Below are positions 7,353-12,340 of a stretch of DNA of 12,340 bases, in pieces. The stretch's first letter is position 1; each line of letters starts with the position of its first letter. The stretch lies in contig JBIKWF010000121.1 of the NCBI GenBank assembly GCA_044356455.1, positions 1-12,340 on the forward strand, in the 5' to 3' direction. The translations under genes were made by a program, and so were the position numbers. The notes beneath the pieces are model-generated. The model saw nothing but the letters and a program-made list of their open reading frames with translations. It was not told where the DNA came from and searched no databases. The stretch is from Bdellovibrionota bacterium (GTDB lineage Bacteria; Bdellovibrionota_C; UBA2361; JBGSMV01).

Positions 7353-10300
7353 GTGTCCAGCAAACCTGCATCTGACAGCCACCCACAAGAATCAACCCCG
7401 CTTCCACCAACTACGTTCTCCGAGCATTTTGAGTTCGGAAAGCGAGAGCCTGAGCTTTATGCTCTTTGGGAGAAGGGCGGTTCGTTTTCTTTCGACTACG
7501 CCAAGCCCTCGCCAAAGCTCCCTCTCAATGAGCAGGCGTTTGTGCTTTGCATGCCGCCGCCGAACGCCAACGGCGAGTTACATCTCGGCCACTCCTATGG
7601 CTACTCAATAATGGACACCCTTGGCCGATACTACAGGGCCCAGGGCAGACGTGTGCTTCTTCTTCCGGGTAAGGATCACGCAGGCATTCAGACCCAAGTT
7701 GTTTTCGAGAACAAACTCCGCGCCGAGGGAAAAGACCTCACCAAGATGACGCGCGAGGAACTCTATGATGCGTGCTACGCCTTTTGCATGGACCGCTCGA
7801 ACTACATGCGAGCGCAAGAAAAACAGCTCGGCGTTTCGGCAGACTGGAAGCGCGAATTTTTCACCCTCGATCCGCGCCTTACCAAAGTTATTTATGAAAC
7901 ATTCACCAAACTTTGGAATGATGGCCTGATTTACAAAGGCAAGCGAATTGTTAACTGGTCCGTGCTCTCAGGCACCGCAATCTCAGATGTAGAGGTTGAG
8001 CGCAAAGAAGTTGAGGGCACGCTCACTTACATTCGCTACCCCTTTGTCTCGAAACCTGGCTCGCCTCGTACAAAACCAGCAGCGCTTAGCTCAGAGGCGC
8101 AGATTCACCAAGGCCCGAACGGCGTTTCCCTAGTCCTTTCAAGCAAGGAATATGGAGCAGGGGACATTCTAACCATACCTGCCGCCAAGGAGGGAGAAGA
8201 AGACAAAAGGCTGGTATGCGTTGAGGCGCTCCACGTGTCCGCGCAAACCACCACTCTTAAGAAGCTTTGCGAAGAGCTCTCAGTCCCCGATGAATTAGGG
8301 CAGCTCAAAACTGCACTTGATGCGTTTCTTGCCGCAGGCGGCGGGGCCATTTCGAAATGTGTCTCTTACTTTGAAGTCACCGAAGACATGATCACGGCGA
8401 CTACTCGGCCTGAGACAATGCTCGGTGACACGGCGCTTGCCGTTCACCCCAAGGATCCTCGCTACGCACACGTGGTGGGGACTCAGGTGCAGGTGCCGCT
8501 CATCGGAAGAAAAATTCCCATTGTCGCTGACGAACGAGCAGAGATGGGATTTGGAACAGGCGTGATCAAAGTTACCCCGGCCCACGACTTTGTGGACTTT
8601 GATATTGGTGCTACGCACAAGCTACCTGTGGTGCAGGTCATTGGACCTGACGGCAAAATGACCGATGAAGCAGGACGCTTCGTTGGCCTGGAAGCAAAGA
8701 AATGCCGGGCGCAAGTTGTCGCTGACCTTGAAGCAGAAGGCCGAGTGCTGCGGATTGAGAAAATCAAGCACAAAGTGCCTATCGCCGAACGCAGCAAAGA
8801 CATCATCGAGCCCCTTATCTCAGAGCAGTGGTTCATCGCCGTTGACGCTCCCGGGAAAAGCCTCAAGGAAAAGGCGCTTGCTCTCGTGGAAGCCGGCAAG
8901 ATTCAGATCCATCCACCGCACTTTAGGAAGGAATTTGAGCACTGGCTTAAGAGCCTTAGGGACTGGAACATCTCGCGCCAGCTCTGGTGGGGGCACAGAC
9001 TTCCAGTTTGGTACAAGACAGGCGCAGATGGCAAAGAGGAACTCTTTGTCGGATCGGAAGCACCCAAGGGTGAAGGCTGGCGCCAGGAGACCGATACTTT
9101 CGACACCTGGTTCTCCTCTGGGCAATGGGCATTCTCAACGCTTGCGGGATGCGGGGAAGTGGACCTGGCTACGGGGGCATCGCCTCGCGGAGCGTTCCCA
9201 TCCCAGTGCATGCAGATGGGCCGCGATATCCTTTTCTTCTGGGCCTGCCGCATGCTGCTGCTTACCGCCTACCGCATGAGCGAAGTTCCTTGGCAGAGCA
9301 TCTACTTTACTGGCCTCATCCGCGATGAACAGGGCCAGAAGATGTCGAAATCAAAGGGCAACGGCGTTGAACCTGGTGTCATGATTGCAAAGTATGGCGC
9401 CGACGCACTGCGCCTCGCGCTGCTCTTTGGCACCACTCCAGGAAACGACGTAAACATGGGCGAAGGGAAAATTGGCGGATACTCGAAGTTCGTCAATAAG
9501 CTCTGGAATGCGGGTAAGCTGCTCGAAATGCGCGTTCTTGGCGGAGTCTCAGGCCAGCTCCCCACACCTCCTAAACTCACCAGTGATGCCGCTCGCTGGA
9601 TAGTGGATGAGACTAACAAGCTTCGAAAGCAGGTCCGCCACTTGATGAACACGTACCAGCTTGGTCAAGCACTTACGGAGCTTTACAGCGCGACGTGGGA
9701 CACCTTTTGTGATTGGTACCTTGAAATCGCAAAAGTGCTCTCCAAAGACGAAAACTCTCCGCAAAGAGGCGAGCTCCAGTGGGCCGCCCAGTATAGCTTC
9801 GGGAGCATTGTTGAGATGCTGCATCCCTTTATTCCCTACATTACCGAGGAGCTCTGCCAAAAGCTTCCTGGCCTGGTAGCTGGCACAACCGTCTGCGGTA
9901 GCGAGTGGCACGCCGACTATGTGTTTAGTGACGCAAAAGGCGCAGCTGCCCCTGGAGCACCGATTGCAGAAGTAGTTGAAATTGTAAAAGCGATTCGCTC
10001 CAGCAAGGCGGTACTTGGCGGCTTGGGCTCAGGCATCCCTGTGGCACTGACAGGCGGCTCCCTCTCTGCCGAGGGAGAATTGCTCGTACAAGAACTTGGG
10101 CGAATTCGCCTCGTTAAGCCTCAGGAGATTCCGGCTGAGCGCTCGGTGAAAAAAGCTTTCTCGCTTGGCGTGCTGACGTTCGACCATCCCGACCGAGAGG
10201 GATTTGCACAGAAACTTAAGAAAGAGGCCGAGAATCTGAAAGCAACTATTGAACGTCTTGAGTCGCGGCTCAATTCGGATTTTGCGGCTCGTGCACGGCC

Positions 10301-10391
10301 CGATGTGGTTCAAGGAGAAAGGGATAAACTCGCCACTGCCCAAAAGACCTTGCAGCATCTCTCGGCGGAGCTGGAGGCGTTGGGTGGGTAG
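7353..10391 (+). CDS. valS: Valine--tRNA ligase with an insertion in the editing domain
   Basis: PPPNANGELHLGH (HIGH), DHAGIQTQ, ATTRPETMLGD, GTGVIKVTPAHD, DWNISRQLWWGHR, DTWFSSG, KMSKSKGN and C-terminal coiled coil; GTG start with GAGGAG SD at 7340-7345. Confidence 0.97.
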   Translation: MSSKPASDSHPQESTPLPPTTFSEHFEFGKREPELYALWEKGGSFSFDYAKPSPKLPLNEQAFVLCMPPPNANGELHLGHSYGYSIMDTLGRYYRAQGRRVLLLPGKDHAGIQTQVVFENKLRAEGKDLTKMTREELYDACYAFCMDRSNYMRAQEKQLGVSADWKREFFTLDPRLTKVIYETFTKLWNDGLIYKGKRIVNWSVLSGTAISDVEVERKEVEGTLTYIRYPFVSKPGSPRTKPAALSSEAQIHQGPNGVSLVLSSKEYGAGDILTIPAAKEGEEDKRLVCVEALHVSAQTTTLKKLCEELSVPDELGQLKTALDAFLAAGGGAISKCVSYFEVTEDMITATTRPETMLGDTALAVHPKDPRYAHVVGTQVQVPLIGRKIPIVADERAEMGFGTGVIKVTPAHDFVDFDIGATHKLPVVQVIGPDGKMTDEAGRFVGLEAKKCRAQVVADLEAEGRVLRIEKIKHKVPIAERSKDIIEPLISEQWFIAVDAPGKSLKEKALALVEAGKIQIHPPHFRKEFEHWLKSLRDWNISRQLWWGHRLPVWYKTGADGKEELFVGSEAPKGEGWRQETDTFDTWFSSGQWAFSTLAGCGEVDLATGASPRGAFPSQCMQMGRDILFFWACRMLLLTAYRMSEVPWQSIYFTGLIRDEQGQKMSKSKGNGVEPGVMIAKYGADALRLALLFGTTPGNDVNMGEGKIGGYSKFVNKLWNAGKLLEMRVLGGVSGQLPTPPKLTSDAARWIVDETNKLRKQVRHLMNTYQLGQALTELYSATWDTFCDWYLEIAKVLSKDENSPQRGELQWAAQYSFGSIVEMLHPFIPYITEELCQKLPGLVAGTTVCGSEWHADYVFSDAKGAAAPGAPIAEVVEIVKAIRSSKAVLGGLGSGIPVALTGGSLSAEGELLVQELGRIRLVKPQEIPAERSVKKAFSLGVLTFDHPDREGFAQKLKKEAENLKATIERLESRLNSDFAARARPDVVQGERDKLATAQKTLQHLSAELEALGG

Positions 10392-10409
10392 TGCGGAACG
10401 TCTTGTTTT

Positions 10410-10502
10410 CGGCGCCCTGGTACAGGGCGCCCTACCAAGCAATGGTATTGCCATTCAACGTGAGGGCGATACATGGTAGGGCGCCTTGTCCCTAAGGCGC
10501 CG
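10410..10502. repeat. Inverted doublet of GTAG-family REPs (REPIN/BIME-like)
   Basis: Minus strand 10435-10410 GTAGGGCGCCCTGTACCAGGGCGCCG; plus strand 10476-10502 GTAGGGCGCCTTGTCCCTAAGGCGCCG; each is GTAG plus an 8-9 bp stem; the 40-nt spacer contains AATGG-TATTG-CCATT. Confidence 0.8.
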
Positions 10503-10567
10503 AACAAATGCTACGTCAATAGAAACGGTGCCTGAGTTTGCCACGACTAATCATTTGAGATCCCCAC

Positions 10568-12118
10568 ATGGCGCCACCTATCGCAATCTTCTATGACCTA
10601 GAAACCTCCGACAAAAGCCCCATCGGCCAAATCCTCAACTATTCATTCATTGCGGTAGACCAATCACTCTCCATGGTGGCGGAGTGTTCGGGAGATGTGC
10701 GCCTTTCCCGCCTACAGCTTCCAAGCCCAGAAGCTATCCTTAAGAACCGTGTTAACGTTGCCACCCTACAAAAGACCACGAGCACCACCGAACGAGAGGC
10801 CATGGCTCGAATTGCAGAGTTTATTGGTGCCCAAATTAAGGCGGCGCAAGCAACCAATAAGGGCAACGCGCAATACGGAAAGCAGAAACTTATTTTTATA
10901 GGGTATAATTCCAGCAAATTCGACCTCCCGTTTCTACGCACCAGCTGGATTCGGAGCGGCATAAATCCTTATTTCAACGGGAATCTGCTCTATCGAGATG
11001 TGCTCTTGGCGGTGAGAAAGCTCTCGGTAAGCCATCCAGACTTCCCTCGTGTAGGGGCTCAGCACCAGAGCAGCCAAGATGAAGGACTTCCCGCTCGACT
11101 TTCCCTATCCCTGGAGACGGTCACTCACGCGCTAAAACTTCTTGAGGGAGCCCAGTCGCATCACTCACGCGATGATGTGATTCTCACGATAGATCTCGCC
11201 AAAGCACTCCGTGAGCGCTTTGGTCTCGATGTGCTTTCGTATGAGTCTTTTGAAGCAGGCGCTTGGCTCAAGAGCCCAAGCCCCGGAAGAATATTCTGGG
11301 CTCATTCTCCCAATTACGATCTTTCGAAGAGTCAGCTCTTCGAACGCACCCCGTTTGCACTTCTAGAGGCAAACTATCGCTACTGCCTTTTGGTGAACCT
11401 TGAGCGCTTCGCAAAAGGCGAAGGGAGGCGCAGTATCCAGTGGTTTAACCAGGCAGGCGGAGCTCTTTATTTTGGGGGAGCGGCATCTGAGCAAGAATCA
11501 ATTTCGCTAGAAACAGGTGAAACTTTCGCCCTCGGGGAGCTTGCAGCCAAGGCGAGAGAGGAATGTAAAGGCATCACGCTCACCAATTTTTTCCCCACCA
11601 GCACATGCGATATCGAGCAAGACATCTACCGCCTCGATATGCCTCGCATTGGCGCGCTCGAAACAGCCCTCTGGGGAGGGGACACGAAGCCCCTTTCAGA
11701 GCTTAAAGACAGAGACGCCAAAGTAGTCTACTTGCGTGCGCTTCTCGCGGAATACCGCTGGCAAGGAGGAAGAATTCCCGTGCCACCTGAAAGCGCAGCC
11801 TCTGAGCAGGATGCGAAAATGGCAAAAAGCCTTAAAAATTACGCGCTCTACCGCTACGGGGGCAAACTCCAAATGGCCAAATCCCTCGACGGAGCCAAAG
11901 AAGACGAGGCCTTCCACCCGACTCTTACGAATCTTTTCGAGCGGCTTACCAAATGCAAAGAGCAGGCGTCGGCGCGCGGCGCTAGTGAAGACCTCGCTCT
12001 ACTGGCTGCGGTGCAGGAGTACTATGACCGCTCGGAGATAGTGCAAATAGCGGGGCCTGAGCTGCTTGGCCAATCGCAAGCAGACCCTCACGCAACTGCG
12101 GAAAACGGGACTACTTAG
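10568..12118 (+). CDS. DEDDh 3'-5' exonuclease, divergent Exonuclease I (SbcB)-like
   Basis: ExoI motif FYDLETS, LPSPEAIL, ExoII motif GYNSSKFD, SLSLETV, ExoIII motif HHSRDDV; C-terminal DIEQDIY resembles the SbcB D-x-D/E-x-x-L-Y motif; 516 aa. Confidence 0.8.
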   Translation: MAPPIAIFYDLETSDKSPIGQILNYSFIAVDQSLSMVAECSGDVRLSRLQLPSPEAILKNRVNVATLQKTTSTTEREAMARIAEFIGAQIKAAQATNKGNAQYGKQKLIFIGYNSSKFDLPFLRTSWIRSGINPYFNGNLLYRDVLLAVRKLSVSHPDFPRVGAQHQSSQDEGLPARLSLSLETVTHALKLLEGAQSHHSRDDVILTIDLAKALRERFGLDVLSYESFEAGAWLKSPSPGRIFWAHSPNYDLSKSQLFERTPFALLEANYRYCLLVNLERFAKGEGRRSIQWFNQAGGALYFGGAASEQESISLETGETFALGELAAKAREECKGITLTNFFPTSTCDIEQDIYRLDMPRIGALETALWGGDTKPLSELKDRDAKVVYLRALLAEYRWQGGRIPVPPESAASEQDAKMAKSLKNYALYRYGGKLQMAKSLDGAKEDEAFHPTLTNLFERLTKCKEQASARGASEDLALLAAVQEYYDRSEIVQIAGPELLGQSQADPHATAENGTT

Positions 12119-12240
12119 GGAGCCTCTGAAAAACCTAGATATTTTATTTCTTTCCCTCCGTGTTCTCTGTGCCCTCTGTGGTTTTTCAGCAATTTAAAAC
12201 AACCACAGAGGGCACAGAGCAGATTTTTTCAAAGCTTCCC
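12118..12240. mobile_element. Composite TIR/hairpin MITE-like element, copy E
   Basis: TA|GGGAGCCTCTGAAAAA ... TTTTTCAAAGCTTCCC|TA; perfect 19-bp internal inverted repeat 12165-12183/12201-12219; starts within the exonuclease TAG. Confidence 0.85.
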
Positions 12241-12247
12241 TAGGAGT

Positions 12248-12307
12248 CTGTCCCGTAGAAAATTTCTACCACTACATGTTGTGGTGGCAGCGGGACAGCC
12301 CACCTAC
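12248..12307. repeat. Small multi-hairpin element abutting copy E
   Basis: CTGTCCCG (12248-12255) and CGGGACAG (12291-12298) enclose GTAGAAA/TTTCTAC and CCACTAC/GTTGTGG stems; the minus strand also reads GTAGGTGGGCTGTCCCGCTGCCACC, which is REP-like. Confidence 0.45.
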
Positions 12308-12340
12308 GGATTGTGTCCAAAATGAAGATTTATGTTTCTA

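Noticed and set aside
8043..8396. Intein in ValRS
   Set aside because: No N-terminal splice block, no His-Asn/nucleophile C-terminal junction and no LAGLIDADG motifs.
7950..8820. Loss of zinc-binding cysteines in ValRS (VNWSVLSGT, VPIAERS)
   Set aside because: Many ValRS enzymes, including the E. coli type, also lack these CxxC pairs.
8665..9279. 204-aa alternate-frame ORF and other nested or antisense ORFs within valS, radical SAM, mrp and exonuclease genes
   Set aside because: They are fully overlapped by well-supported genes and have Arg/Ser/Pro-rich shadow composition without motifs.
1201..12240. Repeats as a CRISPR array or integron attC sites
   Set aside because: Copies are dispersed in both orientations among housekeeping genes, with no repeat-spacer periodicity, no cas or intI gene, and no RYYYAAC/GTTRRRY ends.
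6916..12340. Integrated island at tRNA-Leu
   Set aside because: No integrase and no duplicated tRNA 3' end seen in the window; the downstream gene is the essential valS.

Overview
Bacterial housekeeping region: purN, three exported or lipoprotein hypotheticals, cutA, a radical SAM enzyme, an Mrp/NBP35 ATPase, secG, tRNA-Leu(GAG), valS and a divergent Exonuclease I-like DEDDh protein. The most unusual signal is non-coding. Many intergenic spaces hold a 120-146 bp composite element with TA-flanked 16-bp terminal inverted repeats (consensus RGGARNCTCTGAAAAA) around a long hairpin built from 9-nt tandem units. There are 4 near-complete copies and about 3 decayed ones. Several sit exactly at stop codons, and the hairpin cargo differs between copies while staying self-complementary. 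A second family of GTAG-type REP hairpins (one REPIN-like doublet) also sits at gene ends. ValRS carries an insertion of about 100 aa in its editing domain. No transposase or other mobilising enzyme is encoded in the window. All calls come from motif recognition by eye, without database searches.
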